A stretch of 64,000 nucleotides of DNA from Escherichia phage vB_Eco_Solly. The position numbers were made by a program, and so were the translations under genes. The notes below the pieces were generated by a model that did no database searches, was not told the origin of the DNA, and was given only the letters and a program-made list of their open reading frames with translations. Shown here in pieces: positions 20,652 to 31,759 of this stretch; within the stretch, counting starts at the first letter, position 1, and every line of letters starts with the position of its first letter. The stretch is taken from the sequence record OY720021; one strand, given 5' to 3'.

Positions 20652-20840
20652 TTAATAATCTATTGGTAAGAGAGTACGATATATTTCAAACTTTGGACCT
20701 TTTTCATAGGCATCAAATGTTTCTGTGAATTTATTATAAGCATATGCATCTATAAATTCAATCATGATTTGTGATACAGAAGTAGAAACATCTCCACCTT
20801 CTTTTTGAGCCACGACAATTGTTTCTAAGTAAGCTTTCAT
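20652..20840 (-). CDS. Hypothetical small protein between ligase and alt
   Basis: 62 aa ORF; start overlaps gene 30 stop. Confidence 0.45.
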   Translation of the reverse strand: MKAYLETIVVAQKEGGDVSTSVSQIMIEFIDAYAYNKFTETFDAYEKGPKFEIYRTLLPIDY

Positions 20841-22300
20841 AAACCAGTTACCTCATGAAAATCGCCAAATACATCTTCGAACGTATTAGCTTTAGTTTTA
20901 TCTTCACGTAAACGAATCGCAATCGGAAGAAATAATTTAACGTAATCAGTGCGGCCATCAGATTTTAACCAACCGTTGCATTCGCACTCTAGAATTTTTC
21001 CAATATAATAATTTTGGTTTTCCATAATGCGAGTGCGGTCAAGTTCATGTGATTTTACGCCGGCTTTATCTTTTAAGCCTGAACCGGCATTTACCTTAAT
21101 TTTTCCACACTCTGACTCAAGAATAAATCCACCTGCTTTAGTAGGGTCTTTACGGTGAGGATAAATTCCTACAATTTTTAAATCAACATCAATTACTTCT
21201 TTAAATTTATAGAGATTTTTTGAACGAGCATTTTCCCATAATCCATCGATATTTTTGAGAATAATACCTTCAAGACCTTGGTCAATATACTTTTTATAAA
21301 TTACCTTAGCTTCATCTAGGTTATTTACTACTTGGTTTTCAATTAAAATTACTTTATCATATCCTGATGTCATTTGTTCTAATTTAGAAAAACGTACATC
21401 ATATTTTAAACGAAATGCTGGAAGACCGTATATTTCTACCAACGGAACATAATCCCAGACCTGAAACTTCATGCATTGTGCTTCTTTTTCAGAAATGGTT
21501 CCCTTTAAAGATTTATTGGCGATTCCATTAGAAGCAGTACGTGATTCAGCTACTTCGGCGAATTCTTTAGCTTTACTAATTTCAGGATAAGCATCAAAAA
21601 GAAAATCTAGGCCTTCTGGCTCCTTTTTAACTTGCTCATGGTATACCAATTCGCCATCAATTAACACACCTTCTGGATGAATCTGGCGGGCTTCAGCAGT
21701 CATTTTGATTAACTCTTCCTTAAGAAGATCTAATCCTAGATATTCATTACCAGCTCGTGATAAAAGACGAACATCATCTAATTCATCACCTCTGACTTCA
21801 GCAAAGCACCGAGCTCCATCAGCTTTTAATTGGGCAAAGGCTGGAAATTTGATATTCTTATTAATGCCTTTTTCATCATAAGAACTTGCCAGCATTTGAG
21901 GTTGTTCAGGAATTAAACCTGGCCAAACTTTGTTTGCAATAGATACTGATGCACCACATTCAAGGTCTCGCATCATCACCCGACGCAAAACTTCAACGTC
22001 ATCTTTTTTACCGTCAGCAATATATCCAGTTAATTCCTCAATTGCCGCATTTCCGGTCAATTTCCGAGTAGCTAACGTGAATTCAATGAAGTCAAGCATA
22101 TCGGTAAGAGTCAACATTCCAAAACTCTGGGTAGCAATACCAGGTTTAGGCCATTTCTTGATATAATACTGTAACCCACGAGAATAAGTCAGACGATATA
22201 CTCGTTTAAGCAATTCATTATCTTTATTCTTTTCAAGAATTGCTTGCTTCTGCTTAGTTGAACCAATAGATGCTATTTCGTTTAGAATTTTAAGAATCAT
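20837..22300 (-). CDS. 30: ATP-dependent DNA ligase gp30
   Basis: 487 aa; adenylation motif I KADGAR. Confidence 0.9.
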   Translation of the reverse strand: MILKILNEIASIGSTKQKQAILEKNKDNELLKRVYRLTYSRGLQYYIKKWPKPGIATQSFGMLTLTDMLDFIEFTLATRKLTGNAAIEELTGYIADGKKDDVEVLRRVMMRDLECGASVSIANKVWPGLIPEQPQMLASSYDEKGINKNIKFPAFAQLKADGARCFAEVRGDELDDVRLLSRAGNEYLGLDLLKEELIKMTAEARQIHPEGVLIDGELVYHEQVKKEPEGLDFLFDAYPEISKAKEFAEVAESRTASNGIANKSLKGTISEKEAQCMKFQVWDYVPLVEIYGLPAFRLKYDVRFSKLEQMTSGYDKVILIENQVVNNLDEAKVIYKKYIDQGLEGIILKNIDGLWENARSKNLYKFKEVIDVDLKIVGIYPHRKDPTKAGGFILESECGKIKVNAGSGLKDKAGVKSHELDRTRIMENQNYYIGKILECECNGWLKSDGRTDYVKLFLPIAIRLREDKTKANTFEDVFGDFHEVTGL

Positions 22301-22566
22301 TGTTCATCCTTTAGAGTTTGGTTTACAGCTCTATTATAAATCAATTCATCATTAAGCTCAGTCAAAGACCTGTGGTACGTTGTTCTAACTTTATTTCCTT
22401 GCATCCAGTGCTTGACGTAAATGAAACCTTGCTCTACACATTTTTTAAAAATTCGTTCGTCTTTTTGAGCTCGGAATTCTGGATTGCATCTAAAAAATTG
22501 ATTTACGTGACCGTAATCACGTGTAGTATTACCTTCATTTTCATAAATAGTATGAACGACAAACAT
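22297..22566 (-). CDS. Hypothetical protein (30.1-like position)
   Basis: 89 aa; stop overlaps gene 30 start. Confidence 0.5.
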   Translation of the reverse strand: MFVVHTIYENEGNTTRDYGHVNQFFRCNPEFRAQKDERIFKKCVEQGFIYVKHWMQGNKVRTTYHRSLTELNDELIYNRAVNQTLKDEQ

Positions 22567-23402
22567 TAGAATGCTCCTTGGAAAATATTATCACCACTAG
22601 TAGGTCTATTATACAAATACTCTATGCCACCGGGTTTAATATAATTCCATGTCTGAAACGGATGTGTATAATATGGATGATATGGATTATAAGGATTAAA
22701 TCCAGGAGTTCTCCAGGTAGTGTTCCAACGAAAAGAATCATTTTTAATCATCTTTTCAATTATATTTTTTATAGCTTTTTCGCTATCAAAACTTTCTTTA
22801 TTTTCCTTTGGTGAAAAAAGCTTATTTTCTACATCATTCCATGTATAAACTCGCTGAGCGGTTTTTGGAATATTGTCACGCTCTCCTCGCGCCATCCAAT
22901 AAACAGGAACATTTAATATTTCACTCGCATGGTCGCAGTGGTGAGCGAGATCGTCAATATAACAAATTACGTTATATTTCTCTTTTGCCTTTTTAAATAA
23001 CTCTTCTTTTGAAGAATCATGACCACACATCATTACTTCTGAGAAGGCACCAGGAAAAAGAGCATTCAAATTAAATTGACGATTCAGCAGAGCGTCAATA
23101 GAATCACCCAATGCTGTAACAGCTACAAAATTATAATCTTCTTTTAGTTTGTTAATTACGCACAGGGCATCTTTATATGGAGACAAGTAACGAATAAAAT
23201 CTGATCGATTGTATTTTTCAATTAACTTAACGCCAAGTTCTTCGTCACAATTAAAGAGTTTACCTGGAGAAATAAATTTCTCATCTTGGATCATTTTTAA
23301 AATATGTTCTAACGGAAGATTATATTTCTGAGCAAAATAAGGAAGACCTGATTGCCAGCTTAAACATACTCCATCAATATCAGTTAAAATAGTAGGCTTC
23401 AT
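22566..23402 (-). CDS. HAD-superfamily phosphatase-like protein (30.2-like position)
   Basis: 278 aa; N-terminal HAD motif I LTDIDGV. Confidence 0.6.
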   Translation of the reverse strand: MKPTILTDIDGVCLSWQSGLPYFAQKYNLPLEHILKMIQDEKFISPGKLFNCDEELGVKLIEKYNRSDFIRYLSPYKDALCVINKLKEDYNFVAVTALGDSIDALLNRQFNLNALFPGAFSEVMMCGHDSSKEELFKKAKEKYNVICYIDDLAHHCDHASEILNVPVYWMARGERDNIPKTAQRVYTWNDVENKLFSPKENKESFDSEKAIKNIIEKMIKNDSFRWNTTWRTPGFNPYNPYHPYYTHPFQTWNYIKPGGIEYLYNRPTSGDNIFQGAF

Positions 23403-23863
23403 AGAGAGTCTCTTAATAGGTTTAACACATCAATAAATTCAGCTTCGGTTAGTATTGTATCATCTTTTGTTAGACCACTAGCCATGCTGTGCTTCAAAAC
23501 TTTTCCTTTCGAGGCTTGTAATGCATCACGAAAGCCCCTGTTTTGGATCGCTGCTTCAAAATATGCATTTGTGTATAATTCTTTCCATGCTTCGGAATAT
23601 CTTGAAAACGGAACTCCAAGCCAGAAGAGGGTCCCACGGTCCTGAGCTCTAGCATAAGACCTTCCAGCTTGTTGGGCGGCAAGCCCGGATAACCCAAATA
23701 TACGACGTTGTTGTTCAACATTTTTCACCTTACATCCTTGGAGGAATCCTTCGAGACCTCCGAATTGAATACCATCCATGACGAAAGGCCATTGGGCGAA
23801 ATTACTTAATGCGCATGATGGCCATCTAAAATTGCTTCTTATCTCTAACTCAGACATTTTCAA
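23399..23863 (-). CDS. NADAR / YbiA-like protein (30.3-like position)
   Basis: 154 aa; LSNFAQWPFVMDG resembles the YbiA FSNFAAWPIKVDG core as recalled. Confidence 0.7.
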   Translation of the reverse strand: MKMSELEIRSNFRWPSCALSNFAQWPFVMDGIQFGGLEGFLQGCKVKNVEQQRRIFGLSGLAAQQAGRSYARAQDRGTLFWLGVPFSRYSEAWKELYTNAYFEAAIQNRGFRDALQASKGKVLKHSMASGLTKDDTILTEAEFIDVLNLLRDSL

Positions 23864-24056
23864 TACTTATAATTTCAACATCAGCCCAATGACCATAGCA
23901 AGGAAGACGAAATTCAACTGGCCAGTTAGGATCCTTTTCTAATATAATAGACTGAACTTGTGGCTCTTCATGTTCATCGGTATACGGACCTTTATACGTT
24001 ACTTTATATGTAACCTTAATGTACTGAATTCCAAAAATCTTATTAATTATATTCAT
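23850..24056 (-). CDS. Hypothetical small protein
   Basis: 68 aa ORF in tightly overlapped early block. Confidence 0.45.
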   Translation of the reverse strand: MNIINKIFGIQYIKVTYKVTYKGPYTDEHEEPQVQSIILEKDPNWPVEFRLPCYGHWADVEIISIENV

Positions 24057-24250
24057 ATTAATTCCTTTAATCCGTAAATAGGAGATAATTCATCACCCAT
24101 ACGAAGGTCTTCATTTCCATCTACCCAGGAAACAATATAAGCCTCTTTTATTTGAATACCACTCCATTTAAATGGAGGTAGAACCTTAGAAATTAATCCA
24201 GGTATACCAACCCCCTTTAATTCAACAGTTTGACCTAAAAAGAATTTCAT
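24053..24250 (-). CDS. Hypothetical small protein
   Basis: 65 aa ORF; overlaps neighbours by 4 nt. Confidence 0.45.
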   Translation of the reverse strand: MKFFLGQTVELKGVGIPGLISKVLPPFKWSGIQIKEAYIVSWVDGNEDLRMGDELSPIYGLKELI

Positions 24251-24537
24251 TAGAACCTCATCTGAAAACCATGCGATTTAACATTACCGCCGCCGATATC
24301 AGAAATGTTAATTTCGCGCGCGATTGAAGGGTCAATGTCAATTTCACGGTTGAGTTTAGTGATAGCTAGAGTATCACGCCCATTTACAGTACGGAACTCT
24401 AAAGGACATACTACATTAACATAGTTTTTAATCGATTCACTGGTAGGCTGCAAATGAGCAGGAAGGTCTTTAGGCGCCTTAGAGAAAACTACTTCGCAGA
24501 AGTTTTTACGAGTATCAAAATAAGTAGTCATAAACAT
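24250..24537 (-). CDS. Hypothetical protein
   Basis: 95 aa ORF. Confidence 0.5.
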   Translation of the reverse strand: MFMTTYFDTRKNFCEVVFSKAPKDLPAHLQPTSESIKNYVNVVCPLEFRTVNGRDTLAITKLNREIDIDPSIAREINISDIGGGNVKSHGFQMRF

Positions 24538-24578
24538 AGTATTTTCCTCAGTAAGGGGCCGAAGCCCCTTATTTTATT

Positions 24579-24944
24579 TTAAATATCAAATTCGTTAAGA
24601 ACTACATCAAAGATTGCTTCAAGATGCTCAGGTTTAGCTCTGTTACTCAGAATATGACGAATCCAAGTTTTAACCAGAAGCTTACGATTAACGCCATTCC
24701 AGCAAGGATGAGTCCCTAAATCACGTTGACGGAAATCATCATCCAAAGCGATTTTAAAAGAAGAACCTTCTTTCGTGATTGAAACCGTAATGCCATTTTC
24801 AAATCGCATATAAACGTAGTTAGGAGTCATATACTGTTCAATTTCGCATACTGATCCATTTTGATGTTTCCAAAGGCAAATAGTATCAATAGAACCTGCA
24901 ATACCGTTAGAAACATATTTACGTTCAAAGTTGATGTAGTTCAT
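24579..24944 (-). CDS. Hypothetical protein
   Basis: 121 aa ORF; early promoter-like element at 24950..25010. Confidence 0.5.
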   Translation of the reverse strand: MNYINFERKYVSNGIAGSIDTICLWKHQNGSVCEIEQYMTPNYVYMRFENGITVSITKEGSSFKIALDDDFRQRDLGTHPCWNGVNRKLLVKTWIRHILSNRAKPEHLEAIFDVVLNEFDI

Positions 24945-25012
24945 TTTTATTCTCCGAGATGTTTAATTGTGGTACAGGTATATAATATCATGTCCTGTAC
25001 CAAAGTAAACAA

Positions 25013-25345
25013 TTATTTTACTACTTTCCAATGCTTCATGTCAAGTTTACCAACTTTTTTCATCTTCTCAATTAAGCGTTCGGCACGTTGGCGAGCTGTA
25101 ACATAATGCCATTCGCCTAATTCATTTTGTTCAATTTTTCCAACGATTACTGTATTCAATTCATAAATCCAACCAGTAAAGAAATTATGAACTTGAATTG
25201 TAAAGGTGAAATCTGTTCCCATACCTTCTGTTGTTTCTACTTCAATAATATCACCTTCAACTGCCATTAAGAACCACATAGTTTCATCATATTTACCATT
25301 GAAGCATTTAGTTTTAACTGCAGCGTTCAGATTAATCGTTTTCAT
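25013..25345 (-). CDS. Hypothetical protein
   Basis: 110 aa ORF; early promoter-like element at 25350..25400. Confidence 0.5.
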   Translation of the reverse strand: MKTINLNAAVKTKCFNGKYDETMWFLMAVEGDIIEVETTEGMGTDFTFTIQVHNFFTGWIYELNTVIVGKIEQNELGEWHYVTARQRAERLIEKMKKVGKLDMKHWKVVK

Positions 25346-25455
25346 TTTATTCTCCTTTGTTTGTGTAAGATAATACTATCACAAAGGAACTATACTGTAA
25401 ACAACTTTATGCAATCTTTGGAAAATAAAAAAGGACTCCCGAAGGAGTCCTCAAC

Positions 25456-25632
25456 TTATGCTTTCTGCTTACCAAAACGAGAAGCATCATCTCGAAGAAC
25501 CGCACGTGCTCGACGCATGATCTTCTCAACAGTTTGATTGATACGAGAGTTCGACACACGCTTGTAGCCAGCGCGTTTAGAATCACCAACTTTCTTTTCA
25601 ACTGCTTTCTTTGCTTTAACTTGTTTTGCCAT
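25456..25632 (-). CDS. Small highly basic Lys/Arg-rich protein (58 aa), possible nucleic-acid binder
   Basis: MAKQVKAKKAVEKK...; start taken at ATG 25632 rather than the track start at 25674. Confidence 0.45.
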   Translation of the reverse strand: MAKQVKAKKAVEKKVGDSKRAGYKRVSNSRINQTVEKIMRRARAVLRDDASRFGKQKA

Positions 25633-25921
25633 TATAAATTCTCTTTTAAATGAAAATGCAGGACTTATTGACATTGCCTGCGCAAGCCCTCAAGGGGAAC
25701 ATAGGTTTTTGGATATTTAACGACCAGGATAACCATAAACCCGTCATCATACCACCAAGACTTACACAGATAACACTTTTCTGACGCATGATAGTAACAT
25801 TCAAGAGGTACACCGTAAAACTGTCGGGGTCTTAAAACTATAATGATTCGCAAATCATTAATCAGACAGTTCGACGGCTCCTCGTTTTAACTTCACACTA
25901 AGGCAGTGACTCTCCAATAAA

Positions 25922-26170
25922 TTATTTCAGTGTTACCACAAAGTGACGAACTGCTTTTCGTGCAGCAGAAGCCAGAGGCTTAGCATACTTAAGTTCATCT
26001 TTTTCCTGAAGCTCAGCAGCTAATGCAGTTTGAGCAGGATTCAGATGTTTGAAATAACGCAGGATTTCAAGAGCTTCGGCTTCAACATCAATAGATGCGC
26101 CATAGTTTTCGTGACCATTATTCCATGCGTTTCGTTGCAGTTCAAGAGCGTGTTGTAATTGTTTAATCAT
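25922..26170 (-). CDS. rIII: rIII-like lysis-inhibition accessory protein
   Basis: 82 aa immediately downstream of gene 31, the T4 rIII size and position; late promoter at 26310..26317. Confidence 0.6.
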   Translation of the reverse strand: MIKQLQHALELQRNAWNNGHENYGASIDVEAEALEILRYFKHLNPAQTALAAELQEKDELKYAKPLASAARKAVRHFVVTLK

Positions 26171-26309
26171 TTAAAAATTCTCGTTAGAGATTAAAACTCG
26201 GTAGTCACGTTCTTCTGAATTTCATCTTCTTTCGACAGATCTCTCAGTTGTAGACTACCACATAGAATTGTTCGGTTAACTTATTATTCCGACACCCAAT
26301 TCATATTAT

Positions 26310-26317
26310 TATTTATA
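26310..26317 (-). promoter_or_regulatory. Late promoter TATAAATA upstream of rIII
   Basis: Plus-strand TATTTATA between gene 31 stop and rIII start. Confidence 0.5.
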
Positions 26318-26653
26318 TCACTTATAAAGACACGGAATAGCTTTATAGTGACAGGTAACGAATTTTTGTTTAATTTCTTTTGGCTGCTTAAGACCCAGAG
26401 CTACAAAAGGATGCGGAACGTTTCGAATTTGACCAACTGGAAGAGAAGTCAAATCACCAACTTCGCAGAAACCTTCAGGAACATCAGGACCAACAGAGTG
26501 AACTACACACAGTTCAGGAACTTCACCTTGAACACGTTTACCGATAATAAGTCCTGATTCTGTAACTTCTTCATCACCGGCTTGTGCAGGTTCAGAAACT
26601 AAAATAACATATTCACCGACAGCACGAATTGGTAGCTGTTGTACTTCAGACAT
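26318..26653 (-). CDS. 31: Co-chaperonin gp31 (GroES-like)
   Basis: 111 aa, the T4 gp31 length; position between 30 block and cd. Confidence 0.8.
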
Positions 26654-26709
26654 CGTTTTTCCTTTTTGTTAACAGATGAGTTAATAATAACAAATAATTC
26701 TTAAAGCAT

Positions 26710-27018
26710 TTATTTACCAATAAATTGAAGCAAATGCTCAACTTTCATACCATTAACGGAAATCAATTTGTCAATAGAAAAGCCTCGCCATGCACCAAGC
26801 TCAACATCAAATACTGGAATCATATCAATAGATTCTTTCCGAGTAGATTCAGTCAATTTACCGGTTTGCATAGTTGGCATAAAGTCAGCATCACGAGTGC
26901 CTTTCATAGTACGAATAGTACCATCAGACTTTTCAAAAACCACGTTTGAAATACCCATGGACAATTTAGTTTTCAAAATTTCACGAATTGCTTGCTTCTG
27001 CTTAGTTGTCAGTTTCAT
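26710..27018 (-). CDS. Hypothetical protein (31.1-like position)
   Basis: 102 aa ORF. Confidence 0.5.
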   Translation of the reverse strand: MKLTTKQKQAIREILKTKLSMGISNVVFEKSDGTIRTMKGTRDADFMPTMQTGKLTESTRKESIDMIPVFDVELGAWRGFSIDKLISVNGMKVEHLLQFIGK

Positions 27019-27255
27019 TTATTTACCTATTACAGTTTTAATATGGGTTGTTCCACGTTCTTTAAGAGTGGAAAGCAATTTTTGGCATTTTTCTAAATCA
27101 GATTTCCAACTATATGGTCTATCAATACAAACCCATTCTGACTTATAATACTGCTTCCATTTAGAGAAAAAATATTTCTTATACTCTACAGCAAATGAAA
27201 TGTTCTCATTAGAATAAGAACTAATTGCTGTGAGTTGTACCAAACGAAATTTCAT
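27019..27255 (-). CDS. Hypothetical protein (31.2-like position)
   Basis: 78 aa ORF. Confidence 0.5.
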   Translation of the reverse strand: MKFRLVQLTAISSYSNENISFAVEYKKYFFSKWKQYYKSEWVCIDRPYSWKSDLEKCQKLLSTLKERGTTHIKTVIGK

Positions 27256-27836
27256 TATTCACCACAGAATTCGTTGATATTTTCCCAATTTAACTTATTC
27301 AAGTTTTTCTTAGGAACATTAAACACTTCAATACCTGCATTTCGCAGAATATCATCCCAGCCAGGTTTATTCTTATCGTATGTTTCGCAATAAACCAGCT
27401 TTTTAATTCCAGATTGAGCTATCGCTTTTGCACAATCTGGGCAAGGAGAAAGTGTTACATACATAGTAGCACCTTCAATTGAAGAACCGTTTCGCGCAGC
27501 AAACAAAATTGCATTTAGCTCAGCATGAATTTCATTTTTAGACGACCATTCAGAGTGAGCGCCGCGATGTTCTTTCGCCAAAACAAAACGATCAGTTGAA
27601 CCAAACGATACACATTCGGGCTTATGACCTTGAATGATAGTATGTTTAGGTTTATTCAGCAACCAACCTTGCTCAGCAGCATAATCACAACAGTTCACAC
27701 CGCCTGCGGGCGAACCATTATACCCAGTAGAAATAATACGTCCATTCTTTTCAATTACTGCTCCTACCTTCCAGGAGCAACATTTGGATTCTTGTGATAC
27801 TAAATATGCAATTTGAAGTACTGTACTCGCTTTCAT
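27255..27836 (-). CDS. cd: dCMP deaminase
   Basis: 193 aa; zinc-binding HAELNAI and PCPDCA motifs. Confidence 0.9.
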   Translation of the reverse strand: MKASTVLQIAYLVSQESKCCSWKVGAVIEKNGRIISTGYNGSPAGGVNCCDYAAEQGWLLNKPKHTIIQGHKPECVSFGSTDRFVLAKEHRGAHSEWSSKNEIHAELNAILFAARNGSSIEGATMYVTLSPCPDCAKAIAQSGIKKLVYCETYDKNKPGWDDILRNAGIEVFNVPKKNLNKLNWENINEFCGE

Positions 27837-28171
27837 TTCATAATCACCAGATAAGCAGATTTAGCAGTTTCAACACGATAAATTTCATGACGAAGTTTAG
27901 TTATACTTTTAATAACAGAACTAATTATATTCTGCCCATCTTTAAAGCGGTTTTTCTTATCAATGAAAATTGCACCAGCCATCTTTTTGTGAAGCTCAAC
28001 TGGATACTTCGTCACAATAATAGCATCATACACAGAAGGATGAATACTATTCACTAGAGTATCGTTCATTAAAGTTATTCTAATGAACTGTGCTGTTTCA
28101 GAATCAAGCGCTCTATGATCGCCAGTATCATTTTCAAGACAATTATCAATTATATCAGTTAAATTCATCAT
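27833..28171 (-). CDS. Hypothetical protein (cd.1-like)
   Basis: 112 aa; 4-nt overlap with cd. Confidence 0.5.
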   Translation of the reverse strand: MMNLTDIIDNCLENDTGDHRALDSETAQFIRITLMNDTLVNSIHPSVYDAIIVTKYPVELHKKMAGAIFIDKKNRFKDGQNIISSVIKSITKLRHEIYRVETAKSAYLVIMK

Positions 28172-28404
28172 AGTACGCCATACACCCTTTGTGCTTCAAC
28201 TAATCCATCAAAATCCAATTTGAGATGTGTTATTTGGTCACCATCGCCTGGATTCACAATTACTAATACTGAACGAGGAGTTTCGGTAATAACACGAACC
28301 GATGTTTCAGGAAATCGTTCAGAAACCTTATTTACCAATTCCTGAGCAAATAGTTTAACTTTTTCTTGGAATTCTTTAACAGTAATTGGTTTTTCACTTA
28401 GCAT
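28168..28404 (-). CDS. Hypothetical protein (cd.2-like)
   Basis: 78 aa; early promoter-like element 28410..28470. Confidence 0.5.
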   Translation of the reverse strand: MLSEKPITVKEFQEKVKLFAQELVNKVSERFPETSVRVITETPRSVLVIVNPGDGDQITHLKLDFDGLVEAQRVYGVL

Positions 28405-28466
28405 TTCAATTTCCTCATTTATTTTGGTAGAGCTATAATATCACAACTCTACCGTAAAGTAAACTA

Positions 28467-28742
28467 TTAAATTGCTTTGAATTCTGATGTCTGCGATTCA
28501 AAACGAATATCGCCTTTAATGACTAGCTCAGCATCAAGACCGAATACGACAATGATATGCGCGGAACCTGGATACAGCGTAATGGCGATAGAATCAACCT
28601 GGTCTGGAAGCAAAGTGTTCAATACATGAGTCACTTGAGCATGAATTCGAAGCTCAGCTGCGTTATCAAGCTTTTCAAACATATTATTAGCGATAATTTG
28701 GCTAAACACTACTTCTACGATTTTAGAATAAGTCGGAAACAT
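28467..28742 (-). CDS. Hypothetical protein (cd.3-like)
   Basis: 91 aa ORF. Confidence 0.5.
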   Translation of the reverse strand: MFPTYSKIVEVVFSQIIANNMFEKLDNAAELRIHAQVTHVLNTLLPDQVDSIAITLYPGSAHIIVVFGLDAELVIKGDIRFESQTSEFKAI

Positions 28743-28744
28743 AT

Positions 28745-28937
28745 TTACCTCACATAATTTTCTTCAAGCCAATCAATAACATCCAACGCATTATCAAAAG
28801 TTGAACCATCTACTTTTTCTTCTGTTTCATAATCAAGAACATCTAAGCCTACTCTTCCATCAACAATAGGCCATAAACAAAATAGATATTTCTTTTCTTT
28901 TTCAATCTTATCGCAAAGACGATAAATCTTTTCTAGG

Positions 28938-28945
<8 letters not shown>
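28745..28945 (-). CDS. Hypothetical protein (cd.4-like)
   Basis: 66 aa ORF. Confidence 0.45.
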
Positions 28946-30360
<1,415 letters not shown>

Positions 30361-30594
30361 TTATTTTTTCTCAACCAATGATTGAATATAATCATGCAGG
30401 TCTTTAGATGCTTTACCCCACTTATTTTGATATTCATTTTTGAGATTAGCGCGTGATTGAGCTAATAAAACATCATTAGTTGGAGGTAAAGATTCTAATC
30501 GCTGAATCTGGCGTCCATAAATCATTGCAGCCATCTCGGATTCATAAATCAATCCTTTAAGATGTTCAAATTGATGCCATGAAATCATTTGCAT
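30361..30594 (-). CDS. Hypothetical protein
   Basis: 77 aa ORF. Confidence 0.45.
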   Translation of the reverse strand: MQMISWHQFEHLKGLIYESEMAAMIYGRQIQRLESLPPTNDVLLAQSRANLKNEYQNKWGKASKDLHDYIQSLVEKK

Positions 30595-30884
30595 TTATCC
30601 TCTTTTAACTCTTGACGATAATAACATATCATAGTTTTCTGGTCATGTACATATCGTTTTACATCATTAAGCCAAATACGAAATTCCTGGGAATCTTCAA
30701 ATGGCATACCGACCCAAGCTTTACCATCAATAACTTTAACTTGCCAAGATAGTTTAGCTTCATCATATGACTTTATCTGCACAGGCCAATTAGGATGAAC
30801 TGTTTCTTTCTTTACTTCTAGAGGCTTTGTCGAACAACCAACTAGAAGACCAATAGATAATATTACTGCTGATAGTCTAATCAT
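30585..30884 (-). CDS. Outer-membrane lipoprotein, o-spanin (Rz1-like)
   Basis: 99 aa; signal peptide with lipobox LLVGC; overlaps the upstream i-spanin ORF by 4 nt. Confidence 0.7.
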   Translation of the reverse strand: MIRLSAVILSIGLLVGCSTKPLEVKKETVHPNWPVQIKSYDEAKLSWQVKVIDGKAWVGMPFEDSQEFRIWLNDVKRYVHDQKTMICYYRQELKEDKCK

Positions 30885-31234
30885 TTAGAAAGGTCCTGGA
30901 TGTCTTCTGCGAACTTGTTGAAGGAGTTATTGATTTGTTTTTCAACCAATCCTGGCTTATGAGCCACCACATCCGCCTTCTTTGCGTCTTTGCGCAGTTT
31001 TTCATTTTCACGCTCAATAGCAGCAATTGCCTCACGATTTTTAGTATTCATCGCATCAATATAATTATACTGAATTCGCAAATTATTTAATGCTAAGGCG
31101 TTTTCATTGGCTGTTTTTGTAATTTCAGTAACTGATGTTTCTAATCTTTCTACCTTATTTTTTAAAATAATAGATGTTCCGCCAAATGCTATTACAAGTA
31201 ATAGCAATCCAGCTGTTGTATTACTTAATTGCAT
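30881..31234 (-). CDS. Inner-membrane i-spanin (Rz-like)
   Basis: 117 aa; N-terminal transmembrane helix then charged coiled-coil; directly upstream of lipoprotein ORF. Confidence 0.7.
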   Translation of the reverse strand: MQLSNTTAGLLLLVIAFGGTSIILKNKVERLETSVTEITKTANENALALNNLRIQYNYIDAMNTKNREAIAAIERENEKLRKDAKKADVVAHKPGLVEKQINNSFNKFAEDIQDLSK

Positions 31235-31731
31235 AAAGTTTTAATAACCTCTATAATATCGTCTTGAGAAAGACCGTTAATTAAAATATGATGTTCAGCT
31301 GGAGATTTAGAAATTTTAAAGCATGCCTCAACATCTTCTGCCATATCCGATGCACTACGATTTGGATTACTAATTCCAAGACGATGTTTTCCCGTTAAAG
31401 GATTAACGATGATATAGCATTTGCAGCTATTGATATGAACATTAGGTTGAGTCTGATTAATGAACACTTCACAATCATACTTAGCGAGTTGATTTTCTAA
31501 AAAGACTTTCATCTCTTCAACCGCATCAGGAAGCATATCACGGGCTTGCTCAAGACGACGATTTCGATATTCTTTAATGGTCGTTTTCCGCTTGACTTGC
31601 TTAGCTAAATCTTTCTTAAGATCGGTGATATATCCAACTCGACGATTTCCTTTGAATACAGAAATCCCATCTGTAGTATCACCGTATGCTTCAACGACCA
31701 TTTCAGTAGTAATAAGCTGCAAATCCATCAT
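31225..31731 (-). CDS. alc: Alc-like protein (inhibitor of transcription on cytosine-containing DNA)
   Basis: 168 aa at the T4 alc position; early promoter 31760..31789 directly upstream. Confidence 0.7.
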   Translation of the reverse strand: MMDLQLITTEMVVEAYGDTTDGISVFKGNRRVGYITDLKKDLAKQVKRKTTIKEYRNRRLEQARDMLPDAVEEMKVFLENQLAKYDCEVFINQTQPNVHINSCKCYIIVNPLTGKHRLGISNPNRSASDMAEDVEACFKISKSPAEHHILINGLSQDDIIEVIKTLCN

Positions 31732-31759
31732 AAAGTCCTCATGTTATGTCAGTAAGACT

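Noticed and set aside
25633-25674. Longer 72-aa start for the small basic protein
   Set aside because: Upstream ATG sits inside an inverted repeat with no SD; the internal ATG at 25632 is preferred.
25665-25853. 62-aa minus-strand ORF in the intergenic region upstream of the small basic protein
   Set aside because: No RBS, overlaps a predicted promoter and hairpin, implausible Cys/Trp/Tyr-rich translation; more likely untranslated leader.
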